From Octopus vulgaris (taxonomy: Eukaryota): DNA of 64,000 nt. The notes below the pieces were generated by a model. That model made no database searches. It was not told the DNA's origin and saw only the letters and a program-made list of their open reading frames with translations. Location of the stretch: assembly GCA_951406725.2 (NCBI GenBank), contig OX597814.1, positions 55,242,001 to 55,306,000 on the forward strand, given 5' to 3'. Positions within the stretch are counted from its first letter, which is position 1. Every line of letters starts with the position of its first letter. Positions 29,701 to 40,967 of the stretch are shown in pieces. The position numbers and the translations under genes are program-made.

Positions 29701-32700
29701 AAAAGTTTCTTTCTTCATTTCATTAAAAGGTGAAGTAAGATTACAAGTGTTTTCTAAATTAAGCTAAACTTTTAGATAGAGGAGATAGTTATGCAGTTTT
29801 CAACTCAAACTATAATCATCACACTGTCAATTTTAGCTATAATGTAGTCACAATCTTTTTAATCTCCATAATCAAATGGACACCAAAAATGTATCCAAAC
29901 GTGGAACATCTAATAATCAGAATTTTCATCTTCCACGCAAACATCATTGATGAAACAATAAACTACATTTTTATGCCTTATTCAATGTATTTCTTGGGTA
30001 ATTTTGTATTTTAAAAAACCCTGGTATATTTTGTTGCTATTTTTACCAAGTCAGCAATTTTAAATGTTTTATATATACTTCAGAGAAACAAATCCACTGA
30101 CCTATTTGTTGCCACATCCAACAATGTTCATTCTTACATAGACAACACAACCCTTCATTGCTACTAAGTAACCCCAACCATGTACAATCCACAAGCAAAC
30201 TAGACACCTCAAGCCAAACCTTATTGATTACATAAACAGAGACCTTGTGAGCATCCTTTAGATGATCCGTGCCAATCTTGTTCTTTTAACAGCAAAAAAC
30301 TCCAGGACTACTAATATCAAGACAAAAAAAAAAACCCACACCACTAAATATGAACAGCATACAACTAATAGCTCTCACAGTTGTGCAAAATGCATGGTTT
30401 TTCTATCTCCAAGGATCTTCTCTGGTAAAAGCAGATTCTTAGCATAGCTAAGATTGCATTCCAAAGACTTGCTCTTCTCTTCGAAGCCAGTAAAATATTT
30501 CAGCTCCTAACAACTGCTGATATACCAAAAGGCTAAAATGAGGCCCATAATGAGTACTACACATAGATTTCTTGGACCGCATCCTGAAAAGGGCCACTCG
30601 ACTAAATGGAATTCAATTCCTAATGGACATGCTCCAGGCTTTGGCTCACAGACATGCTGTCTCCTCTCTGTCGTTTCTATCGCTACTGTAATGACCTGTT
30701 TCTCAGAGTTGGCTGGTCTTGCACTCCCTCCTTTCCCACCCACTTCCATCTTGTAGTAACCATTATACCTAGTCCTTTCTTTCAAAAGACCATCCCTCTG
30801 GTTCTTCTCCCAGTTCATATCCTTCTTGCAGTTGTGAAAGGATACATGTCTAAATGCATGCTCAGTATATGGCAAGAAAGTCACAGAACATATGCATGTA
30901 TAATTCCCACAACAGTTGAAGTGCACTCCAATAATCTCTTGCACCCACTTCACATCAAGTTTTTGGACCCTCTGCCACTAGAATTCTGCAAACATTCTTC
31001 TGAACTCTAAATTTTTGTGGATATGACTCTTAAGAGTTGGTACACCAGACCCAAATCAGAGATGATGCTAAAACTATATTGTAGAAAACTATGTAACGAA
31101 ATTGAAATTCTCTCCACTACCTGCTATTAAATACAAGGAGGATAGTGCAGTTGGTGCAGATAACACAAGTTCTTAATAATGAAGGACAATGTAGGCAGCA
31201 TACTAGTTTAAGATTTAAAGAATTAAAAGACAATCAGCATTTTGAAGCTGGTGATGTGCTTATTGAGAAAACTTGGCAGCAACATTTAATATATTGAGCT
31301 TACTAAATACTAGCATCTTCTTTGGATACCTGACTATCAAACATTTGCTGTTCAAAGAATATATCAGGAGAATAAATAAATAAATCAGTAAATTACCTGA
31401 CCATTCAAGTTTAAAATACCAGTCTGTTGCATTATTTCTTGATACTTTTGTTCAATTTCAGCTCTGAAAATAGAAAAGTGAAAACGCAAAATCATAAATG
31501 ATGAGATAATGAGTATAAGTACTGTCTGCATATCTGAGATAGTGCTGCTGTAATACACAGAAACATACAAGGCTGTATATAAAAAAAGAAAGCCATTTAA
31601 TCAATTGGTAATGGTTCAACCAATAACACAATGTACAACTTCTCTCTCTTAATTTCCGATCCTCTTCACTCATTATCATCATCATCATCTTATGCCCTCT
31701 TTTCTTGATGATGGGAGCTGGATAAATTTTCATGCCCTGAATCAATCCTTATTTGGGAATTATGCATGCTCCATTGTTTTGACATGGTTTCTACAATTGG
31801 ATGCATTTCCTGACATTAAATACTTTATAGAGTGTACTAGGTGTATTTCATCAAGACACTAGTACTAATCTGCAAAATTAGAGAGCCCTCACTACTCTTC
31901 ATTGTCTCTGTTCTAAAGCTGACAACTGAGTGATGTATGCCAGTGATAAGTGATGGAGAAATGTATGAGAAAGTAAAGGATTACAAAAAAAGAAGAGAGA
32001 GAGCAAGTGGTGGATAGCAACAAAAATGGATGACAGTAGAAGAAAAAGGTGTAATATATGTCAATAAAGAAGAGTGCTGGTAGGGGAGACTGGATACATA
32101 TAAGTCTGATGACATCCCTTGTTACAGCTTGTTACAGAGGTGGCATGATAGAACAGATGTAGAGTGATAAAGAGTGATGCAGGAGTTGAATACAGACAGA
32201 TCCAAATCCCAATCTCTACCATCATCACTACTTTAATGTCCTTTTTGCCATGCTTGTACGGGTGGCTGAGTCTTCTCCAACACTGTGCTACCTTAATGAG
32301 GCTCAGGTTTTTGAAATCAGCCTTCACTACTTTACCCCATTTCTTCCTAGGTTTCACTCTACATAAGTTATCTACCTCTGTGAGCACTATGCACTTCTTT
32401 AACCAACTGATTCCACCATGTAAGCTCATACCAGCAGTCTTCTCTCTTGCACACTTCATCTAATTTCTTTTATATTCAACTTTTCTCTCACTTTTTATTT
32501 CTTCCTAACCTTCACAGATCATTGGTGTTCAAGGAGCATGTCTCATTACCAAGAAAAACTGTTGCATCATATAATCTACTTTTCACAGCGAGAGAGGAAG
32601 CCTTTGATTGCACCCTGAACTTTTCCCCACTCCATTCTTATTCTGGCTACTATGTTTTAAAAACCCAACCTCTACTGCTAATTAGGCTTTCTAATAAAAA

Positions 32701-34982
32701 TAAATAAATAAATTTCAAACAAAAGCTTATCAACTATTTCAAGGAAGTCTTCTGGGCACCTGAAAGACTTTCCTTCATGTGTACTCTTACTTCTGACTGT
32801 TCCTATATACACCTGCCACATATGAAGCTTACATTCTTTGTCCACCTGCCTGAATATGGAATTCCTTCTTACTTCTTTCTTGCATATCAAATGTGGTAAT
32901 TTCCCAGTTGTAACTTAAAACTTTAGTCTTTACTAAGTTTACTTCGAGATTTCTCAATTCTATGCATGCTTCCACATCTGAAATTTCTCTAAATCTTCTA
33001 CAGATTCAGCTCTTAAGAAGTAAATCATCAGCTTTTGGCAGTTCCTACATATAACTGGTCTTAAACTCTTCTGTTATAGCCAGGAGAATTACAATAACTA
33101 GAAGGACAATGAGAACTGAGTACTGGTAGACCCCTATCTGCAGGCTAAATTCATCACTATACCCTTTGCTAACTCTCATCTTGCTGACTGCATCACTGTA
33201 CATAGTTTGCATGGCTCTTACAAGATATTCATCTGTTTTCACTTTTCTTAGCAACCACCAGGCTTCAGAGAATGGAACTCTATCAAAGGCATTTTCTTTA
33301 TCAAGAACACTAGAATGGCTTATACCTAGCTAAGAATTTCTCCTGCAGCTGTGTGCCAGTAGGCCAAGGTTATTGGTAGTACCTCATCCTGGCATAAACC
33401 AAACTGTATTTCAGCAGAGTTCATCCTCATCTGTTGTGCTAAAACTATTTCTATTACTTTCACAAACTAGTCCACCAACTAGAGGCAACTGTAATTGCCT
33501 TTCTTTAGCACATCTTTGTCCTTGTAGCAGTTGAATATGATACTGCAGTGCCAACCATTTGATTGATTATGGGACTAATTAGAATATGATGTACTTATTG
33601 AGATATATTAATTATCTGAGTGACTATCACTGATAATCTTTCTGCTTTCCTTGCCTACCTTTAACCATGCTTTCAACCATACAGTTGTCAATTCATGCAA
33701 CTAGTCTCTCTGATGGGTCTATATGGAATAGGTCTTCTTTCTCCCATCCATTCTCTTTAATCAACAACATCATGTAACACTTCTAAGTCTCTTTCTTATT
33801 GGTGTTAGTGAGGGAAAGTGCCAATAACATTCCAAACACACATCTCTCCAACATCTCAATTCTCTCTAGTATACTGTCTTGTTATCTGGGTCATCTCATG
33901 TTTCTGATTCTCAAGATGCAAAATATGTGCATACTTCAGATTTCCTTCTTTGCTAAAGATTCTTTAACAAGGAGCCTTTCCAAATCCATCTCTTAGATTT
34001 AATGACTATCTACAATACCATTCTACAACCACATCACTTTCTATCTAGTCAGAATCTTGCTCCAACCATGGATCTAGTCTTTAGCCCTAAAAAAGGTTGT
34101 CTCATAGACACTCTCAGTTGTTTACTTCAAGCTGAACATCAGCAACATCAATGTCATCAATCTAAGAGGGCCTGCAAAAGTCATTGTTCACTACCTTTCT
34201 TCATGACTAACTTATAAAGATATACATTATCATATTTCAAATAGAAAAAAAAATTCAGAATATTTGAAATATAAAAAAAAAATGTTATGTATATTCAGTT
34301 GTTATATAAGTAATAGTGTATGTGTTAAAGTAATAACAATACGACTAGTTTAGCATATAATTGCCAACTAATACTAACATCTTACTTCTGGCAGATATAG
34401 AACACCTACCTATTCTTTGTAAAGAAAATACTTCCTAAACTTAAAGAGTTTTTGAAGTGCTAATTACTAGCTTTGATCTGATGACATTACGTAGATGAGA
34501 AATTTTCCCTGGGTAGAACACCAATCTAACACAAAGTAACAATGTCAAATTATTTAATATGTAATCCCAAATGCTAGTTGAATTTAAGCCATGCAGAATA
34601 AAGTGTTCTATCCATAAACACAATGAAATGTAGGAGCTGCTTTATGAGTAGATATTTCAGCACCATCTGCATCCAGTCATCTGATCTTTGTAATAAAGTC
34701 AACTTCAACATATTTAGGGTTTAGATATACAAAAATACTAAGCAATATTTGAAAAGTAAAAACTAATTAGGCAATGTAATTACTACACTAGAGAGTCAAA
34801 AGAAAACAAAGAGCAACATTAATTGTTAAAACTAAAATAGTGAAACCCAAAACTGAAACAGAAAAAAATAACTTACCCATCAGGCTGCCTAAGAGCTGAA
34901 CTTGGGTAGCAATCTAAGGCTCCTGGACGTCTTCTTCCAGATGATGGTGCAGAACTTGAGCGACCTGTAGTAATCTCACCAG
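16424..34982 (-). CDS. MAP2K7: Dual-specificity MAP kinase kinase 7 (MKK7/hemipterous), 11 coding exons, 5'-partial (first exon not in window)
   Basis: Spliced translation gives a complete kinase domain: [106 protein letters not shown]. The SKAKT activation loop and DPPDP motif are MKK7-specific. All introns GT-AG with matching phases; 1055 coding nt visible. Confidence 0.97.
16705..17225 (-). mobile_element. Two SINE/RTE-tail fragments of the (CAT)n-tailed family
   Basis: Shared motif ttccatgc..gcatgggtt...ctggatgcccttcctaatgccaaccac at about 16705-16845 and 17018-17225; also at 18490, 24760, 31675, 43328, 44062 and 54680. Confidence 0.75.
19690..20040 (-). mobile_element. RTE-clade LINE 3'-end fragment
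   Basis: Minus translation fragments [11 protein letters not shown] and [13 protein letters not shown] match the RTE C-terminal consensus (RWYGHVxRM; WxxxVxxDL). Confidence 0.6.
20194..20239 (-). CDS. MAP2K7: MAP2K7 exon ([16 protein letters not shown]), 46 nt
   Basis: ttcag acceptor, gtgagt donor; kinase subdomain XI. Confidence 0.96.
20540..20713. repeat. Compound trinucleotide microsatellite (AAT/GAT/AGT), expanded tail of the adjacent SINE
   Basis: Phase-locked trinucleotide blocks abutting the SINE 3' end at 20714. Confidence 0.9.
20714..21150 (-). mobile_element. Two tandem tRNA-derived SINEs (MetaSINE-like central domain)
   Basis: Copies at about 20714-20924 and 20942-21150, separated by (AAT)n. 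Minus strand has B-box-like GAGTTCAAATT and gcctttcatcctttc..ggtcgataaattaa.tacc. Confidence 0.8.
21236..21378 (-). CDS. MAP2K7: MAP2K7 exon ([47 protein letters not shown]), 143 nt
   Basis: cag acceptor, TG|gtaagt phase-2 donor. Confidence 0.97.
21470..21876 (-). mobile_element. Penelope-like 5' fragment: inverted pLTR-like repeat with decayed hammerheads, followed by an ORF start
   Basis: Inverted repeat 21664-21876. Minus ATG at 21592 reads MTLP/[28 protein letters not shown], homologous to the 58.4-58.7 kb copy. Confidence 0.55.
22756..22836 (-). CDS. MAP2K7: MAP2K7 exon ([27 protein letters not shown]), 81 nt
   Basis: APE and DVWSLG motifs; cag acceptor, gtaagt donor. Confidence 0.98.
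22968..23964 (+). mobile_element. Non-autonomous Helitron
   Basis: Starts a|TCttatatataaa...tgtgtctgt and ends gggtattaccaggtaattcagCTAG|t. TC...CTAG ends in an A|T site with a decayed subterminal hairpin; no TSD. Confidence 0.75.
24030..24925 (+). mobile_element. RTE LINE 3' end with pyrimidine-rich 3'UTR and (GAT)n tail
   Basis: [25 protein letters not shown] fits the RTE C-terminus; ends in the shared SINE/LINE tail and gatgatgat. Confidence 0.65.
25477..25604 (-). CDS. MAP2K7: MAP2K7 exon ([43 protein letters not shown]), 128 nt
   Basis: Catalytic loop, DFG and SKAKT activation loop; tag acceptor, gtaagt donor. Confidence 0.98.
26108..26159 (-). CDS. MAP2K7: MAP2K7 exon ([17 protein letters not shown]), 52 nt
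   Basis: tag acceptor, G|gttagt phase-1 donor inside the HRD Asp codon. Confidence 0.96.
26705..26812 (-). CDS. MAP2K7: MAP2K7 exon ([36 protein letters not shown]), 108 nt
   Basis: Hinge region; tttcag acceptor, gtgagt donor. Confidence 0.97.
27104..27312 (-). mobile_element. tRNA-derived SINE (MetaSINE-like), relatively well preserved
   Basis: Same family as 20714. Flanked by tctctccatt at 27094-27103 and 27310-27319 (possible TSD overlapping the 5' end). Confidence 0.85.
28365..28484 (-). CDS. MAP2K7: MAP2K7 exon ([40 protein letters not shown]), 120 nt
   Basis: Helix C region; ttttcag acceptor, gtaagt donor. Confidence 0.97.
29369..29482 (-). CDS. MAP2K7: MAP2K7 exon ([38 protein letters not shown]), 114 nt
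   Basis: Gly-rich loop and AVK lysine; tag acceptor, AAG|gtaaat donor. Confidence 0.97.
30260..31050 (-). mobile_element. Highly degraded LINE fragment, probably the APE endonuclease region
   Basis: Locally higher GC; [10 protein letters not shown] resembles the RTE endonuclease KWVxxVIEV motif. No intact frame. Confidence 0.35.
31397..31463 (-). CDS. MAP2K7: MAP2K7 exon ([22 protein letters not shown]), 67 nt
   Basis: ttttcag acceptor, CAG|gtaatt donor; matches the MKK7 EIDQKLQEIMKQTG motif. Confidence 0.95.
32215..33990 (-). mobile_element. Degraded RTE-clade LINE (RT region to 3' end)
   Basis: [27 protein letters not shown]...IGVYQYSVL...ITEEFKT is a typical RTE RT motif. The C-terminal [19 protein letters not shown] is present. 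Many stops and frameshifts. Confidence 0.85.
34877..34982 (-). CDS. MAP2K7: MAP2K7 N-terminal regulatory exon ([36 protein letters not shown])
   Basis: Acceptor tgtttaccttcttag, donor GG|gtaagt; phase-2 end matches the next exon. Contains a basic RRRPGAL docking-site-like motif. Weak homology, so the acceptor is less certain (alternative at 34964). Confidence 0.75.
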
Positions 34983-36850
34983 CTAAGAAGGTAAACAATA
35001 ACAACTATGAATTAAGATACTTCTAAGGAGTGAAAAGACATTAAACAACTGAAGAAAGGAATAATAGTCCCTAGTAATAAGAACAGAGTTTATTTTGATA
35101 ACACATACATTCAATATTAAGATGAAAATAATAATGTAAATTTTATCCTGAAAAACAAAAGAGTAGTAAGCAAGTAAGCAAAAGACAAACAGAGTGAATA
35201 TCATTAAGTTAATGATGTTTAAAAATGAATAATTACGAGGAAGAGACTTTGCATTGGCATATTATCTTGCAGAAAACAAAATTTATTATTGAGTAAAAAG
35301 AAAAAAAGAACAATGTAATTTAAATTGTTTTAAATAATGAGGTAAATTTTTTATTGTTATTTTCCAAATTGTTTAATGCTTTTAAATTGTTTAATCACAG
35401 GAAATATATCAGACTACTAAATTACTTTTTTTTTCTTTTTACAATAATTCGTGTTGAAAAGAAATCAATATTTATTAATGTTTACTATAGTTTATGCTGA
35501 AGACATAAAATTAAACAATTTTAGTCAAGATAATACACATCTATACACAAAAGTCTCCAACTCAATACAAGAAAGCTGCTCTGAGAAGCTCAGCTGATAT
35601 TCAAACTTTACATTGTATATTAAATTTAACTTGTATACAATAATTTAGATTTCCAACAGAAAACTAGTTTAAGACAGCAACAATCAAGAATTGAAAATCT
35701 AACAAATACAGACAACTGCATAGACTTCACAGGCAGATGGTTCAGTTTGAATGCTTGTAAAAGCAATAATGCTCTTTAATATATTTTCAATCAACCTTAA
35801 CTATATTAATTGAAATTTGTTCAATGAAAATTGTTATTGAAGAACTATTCCATTTACGCTTACACCATAGCTTTGTATACTTTAGTTAATGAAAATGGAA
35901 TAAAACATGAGACAAAAGTCATGGGCATATATTCATGTCAGCAAATGCAAAGCAATAAAAATATTTTGATACAAATAACAGTATTTGTTAAGATAAGTAT
36001 TTTGAAATTTCATTTTTTTAATCTATTTTTTATTGTTGAGAGATACAAATTATTGTATACAAGAACTATAAGCTCCTGCTTCTAGAAAAATACATTAGAA
36101 GGAATTGGGTTGATCAAATATAATTGGTGTTATTGGTGAGTTAAAGCTGATGAGCCAAAAAAATATATAAATAAATAGTTGCCTGATAATTTTATTAGAC
36201 AATATTTTTAGAACTAAAATACTTACATTAGAATAAATGGTTACAAAGAGAAATGAGAGAGATTAATAGAAACTTTCAAACATCCAAAGCCAAATATAAT
36301 ATTGATTGGAACGGAAGAATCATAGCAACCAAATCTTTCTAATCAAAAATGATTCTTCCCAGAAGAGTACATGCCAATGATAAAAATCAATCAATAATTT
36401 GATGTATGCCATATACCTCACCATCACTCAATTCAATTGAATACTTTTTATTTATACATTTATTATTATTCTTTGTGCAATTCATTGACTTTTGTTTTGC
36501 TTTTTCCAAAAGCTAGCAGAAAATATTTAAATACATTAAAGTGGCCCAATTCCATAAGGAATAATGTAATGTACTGACTTAACTAAAGGAAGTTGCAATC
36601 AAATATTAGATATTATCATTGGCAAAAGAAGTAAAGTCATTAGTGATTTTGTACCCCACTAGAATTTTAATCATTATTATAGAAGTATATCATTTACATT
36701 GGGGAGGAGACAAAGCAGAAATCAGGTAATGGAGAGGCTACATTTAGAAAATAATAAGTAAAATAGCGAACAGAATTCTGAAAAAAAAAGAAGAATGATA
36801 ACAGCTGAAAGTAAGACAATTAGGGCTTCATAGAAAGGCTAGAATGCTAG

Positions 36851-36892
<42 letters not shown>

Positions 36893-36942
36893 TGATGATG
36901 ATGATGATATATATATATATATATACATATTGATGATGATGA

Positions 36943-36979
<37 letters not shown>

Positions 36980-38232
36980 GTGTGTGTGTGTGTGTGTGCA
37001 TGTATGAATACATGTGTGTATATATATATACATATATTTTATATATGTATATGTATGCATGTATGAATATGTGTGTATATATATATATATGTATGTATAT
37101 ATATATTATATAAAACACCCATATGTTGTGTTAAGATACATGGACACTGATTAAAAGGAAAAAACAGGCAAATAATAACATATACAAGCAGTTATACTGT
37201 TGCAAAATAATCGAAAGTTTTCATTTTATCTTCATTATACACCTCAAAAAAATATGTAATTATCATTATTATTGTTAATAATGATAGGAAATAAATTATG
37301 AATAAGGAAAAAAGGACTGTATTGAATTAGAAACATTACAAAAAAAAAAGATATTTTAAAACAAGATAGAAATAGTGAATGCTGACAACATAAAGAGCAA
37401 AGTAAGAATGATTTTTTTAAAATAATTGAGAACAACTACTCCTTGTATAACATCAATTTAAGATTCCAATGCTATTGATAATACAGCATTAACTTTGGGT
37501 TTTGCTATTTTTTTGATAAAGATACCAGACAATTGACTTATCTTTTAAGTGAGATCACTGGAAAGATATCTGCATAACACTAGATTCTTGCCTTCATCAA
37601 GACAAACACTTGAGCCCTTCACAAAGCTGAATTTACACTAACAATGCACTGGCCACACAGGCAGTTGGTCTAAGTTTTCAAGCCATATTCAGGAGACATC
37701 TTTCTAATAATGTCTTGTAGTTAAAATATTTTGTAGCTAAAATATCTTATTATCTGAATGGTAACTTCAAAAAAGTCAGGATTAACAAGTATTAGAAAAA
37801 GATGTTAAAAGAAAATGTTAACTACATGGAAGCCTTAATTATATTAGATTGAATGCACCAACTGAACAACAACAAATACATGTTTATATTCAAACATAGC
37901 ATTGAAGTAGATATAAAGTATAGGACTCTTGAATCATTAGCTACTCAAATCTTGATCCTCCTTCATATATAACAAAAATGTTTTCCACAACATAATATTA
38001 AAACTCTTTAAAACCCTAACTATGAAATATTTCTTGACATCTAAAGATCCAAAATAAGTCTTAGCTTAAAGGGTTAGAAAACAACAGGAAACTGGATACA
38101 TTTAGCTATTTGTTTTGCTACTTTTTCTCAAACGACCATGGTGACAAAAGGAGCCAACCAGAGAGCATCGCTATGGCTACTTGACTAGCTAAAAAAAAAA
38201 AAAAATCCCTTAATCACACCCTACTACCTTAA

Positions 38233-39314
38233 CCCTTTCGTTACTAGATTTCTGACCAAAATAATTATGTGTTTCAATTAATTTCTCACATAATCATAAA
38301 TTTAGTCTGGTTTCATTAAACAACTATAACTTTTTTATTTATCAATATATTAACGCGATTTTTGGAAGATAACTTAATGAAATGTTCTCAACCAATTCTA
38401 TACTATAATTTTTGTCACAAAGTGACTCTAATTGCAGGTAGATACAGGTAAATTCAACAAAATATAAAATTATTAAAATTTTGTTCAAACATCGCTATAG
38501 AAAATGGGTTATTAGCTAATGTTCAATTGGGTATACAACAAAATTTTACGATAGAATTTGTTATTCTGGGTAACTTTCTGATACCCATAATAATATTTAT
38601 GGCAAAATAGTCTTAATTTCATTTAAGGTTGTGGGAAACCACTAACTATCCTTTCTTTCGTTTTGTTTACATTTAGCGTAATGGTTCGTTTCCGCCGTAA
38701 TGATTTCAAATAGGCTCATTCGAAAAAGTAAAAAGAAATAGCCTAGGGCTTTACTCTCCAGGGAAAGTCTGTGGCTTGGTCCAGTTTCTTCAGGAAAATC
38801 ACCGAAAGAAACAGTTTTTAAATTTTCACTCCATTCAGGTGCCAATTCATTTTCTTTATCGCTATCGGAGCTCTCGGATTCACTGTTTTCACTTTCGGAA
38901 AATGAAACATCAGATTCATTATCAAATACCACGTGCTTTTTTTTTTTCAGTCATAGAGTTAGATTTATCAAGGTCTTCAGTAAAAAATACTTCGAATTCT
39001 GACTCGCTGCTTGATATAATGAAATTCGTATCCATTTTTTGTCAGAATTACAAATTTTGAAAACACAATAGGAACAAATTTCGGAAAAAAATCTCCCAAA
39101 ATTCCCAGAATTAAAATTACACTTCGATCATTGTACAAAACTGTAGATGAACTGTTTACGAAGTATAATCAGTGTTTTCACGAATGTACTAAAGAGATTT
39201 GTTCTGATATTCTCATTTAAATATGAATAGGTAAATACAGGCGGGTTTGGGCAGTTTGGTGACATTAACCAAAATTTTTTTCGGGTGGCTTTGGGCGGTC
39301 TGGTAACGAAAGGG
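38233..39314 (-). mobile_element. Internally deleted piggyBac transposon
   Basis: TTAA|CCCTTTCGTTACTAGA ... TCTGGTAACGAAAGGG|TTAA. The minus ORF remnant has an acidic Ser-rich N-terminus then FPEETGP...YFFLLFRMSLFEIITAETNHYA (piggyBac ETNxYA motif). No DDD domain. Confidence 0.93.
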
Positions 39315-40686
39315 TTAAGAAAGGAAGGACATGCTTAGACAATGTAGTCCTGCCATTATCTTAGATCTAGGTATCATGGCTGACTTAAGGATAAGCAAGA
39401 ACAACTGTATACTGAAATCTAAGTACAGCCACATCAAGAACATACTGATTTATCACTGAATCTGAAAATTGACTATAGCTAACAATTGTAAGGTTCAACC
39501 TATCACTGCCATTTCAGATAGGCACTCCAAAATAGGTGAATTTTTTAGAGTAAGAAGTAAATTCTTAACATACTGAAACTGCAGTCTAATTTTAATTCTT
39601 GGTTCATTCAAGTTCACAACACAGAAGCTATTAATGTATTTGGTAAAGTCAATATGTGTTGCATCATTCTATCTAGCAAGCCTTGTAGATGAATATTTAT
39701 AGGTATATTTATGTGTTTGTCTTTCCATTTTTATTTAGTTTTCTCAATTTTTGTCCAACAGAGACAGGATGTTGACAATATAATTAATTTAAAATTAACA
39801 AAATTAAGTGATAACAAGATAAGTCATTGGTGTATGACTGCCTTTTTATTAAAGTGAACCAAATGATCCTACTCATTCAATGTCAGGCAAAGAGCCATAG
39901 GTTTGTTTGTAAGAGATAAAATAATCATACCATATATTTGTAATACAAAATAACATTAACTGAGAGAAGGTGTGAGGGTCTGTATAAGATTACATATAAT
40001 TTGTCGATCTCTAAAATCACAGCAGGTTGATAAGGCTTGGTCAAATATTTAGCAGAAAACATCCTCTGGATAGAACACTGATTAATCTATAGTAACATTC
40101 TTAGATGATTTCAGACCTATTTCCCAAAAGCTAGGATGAACTAAGACATATACAATTAGGTGCAACATTTTAAATACACAAAACATTTGAACTCATTCTC
40201 AGTTTTTTCACCTTTGTGTCCAAGGTAACACACGAAGCAACAGGACTAACTTGATTTAAAGATTAACCACCAGTTGAACATTTAATATGAAAAGCAACCT
40301 GTTCTAGATATATTCTTATACCTCTTATTGGTTTCAGTCACTGGACTGCATGAAGCAATGCAAAGGTACAAAACTTTAAGAGCTCGGTTGATCATATTAA
40401 CCCAAGTATTTATATCAGCTTGGTACTTATTTTATCAATACATATTTGTCAAAATACAAAGTTACAACAGAAACGACAGAAACACAGAAATTATATATAT
40501 ATATTTTGCACAAACACCATGTATTAGAAAGCCTAAGATCAATAGAGTTAGCCTGCAATCTACAATGCCAACACTATAGAAAGTAAACAGATGTAAATTC
40601 TTCTAGCTATCCTCCTCACACATATTTACATTTGTTTACTCACTGTAGCATACATATTATAAATTATATACTAACTGCAATAAATT

Positions 40687-40736
<50 letters not shown>

Positions 40737-40967
40737 TATATATAAATTTATATATATATATGTGTGTGTGTGTGTATTTATGTTTGTATGTATGTATATA
40801 TATTTATATATTTATATATATATACATATATATATAGATAGAAAGATATAGATATGTATGTATGTATGTATGTATGTATATATATATATATACATATATA
40901 TATAGATAGATAGATATAGATATGTATGTATGTATGTATGTATGCATGCATGCATATATATATATAC

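Noticed and set aside
34478-34510. CTGATGA...GAAA hammerhead-like string
   Set aside because: No stem I or stem III complementarity; chance match.
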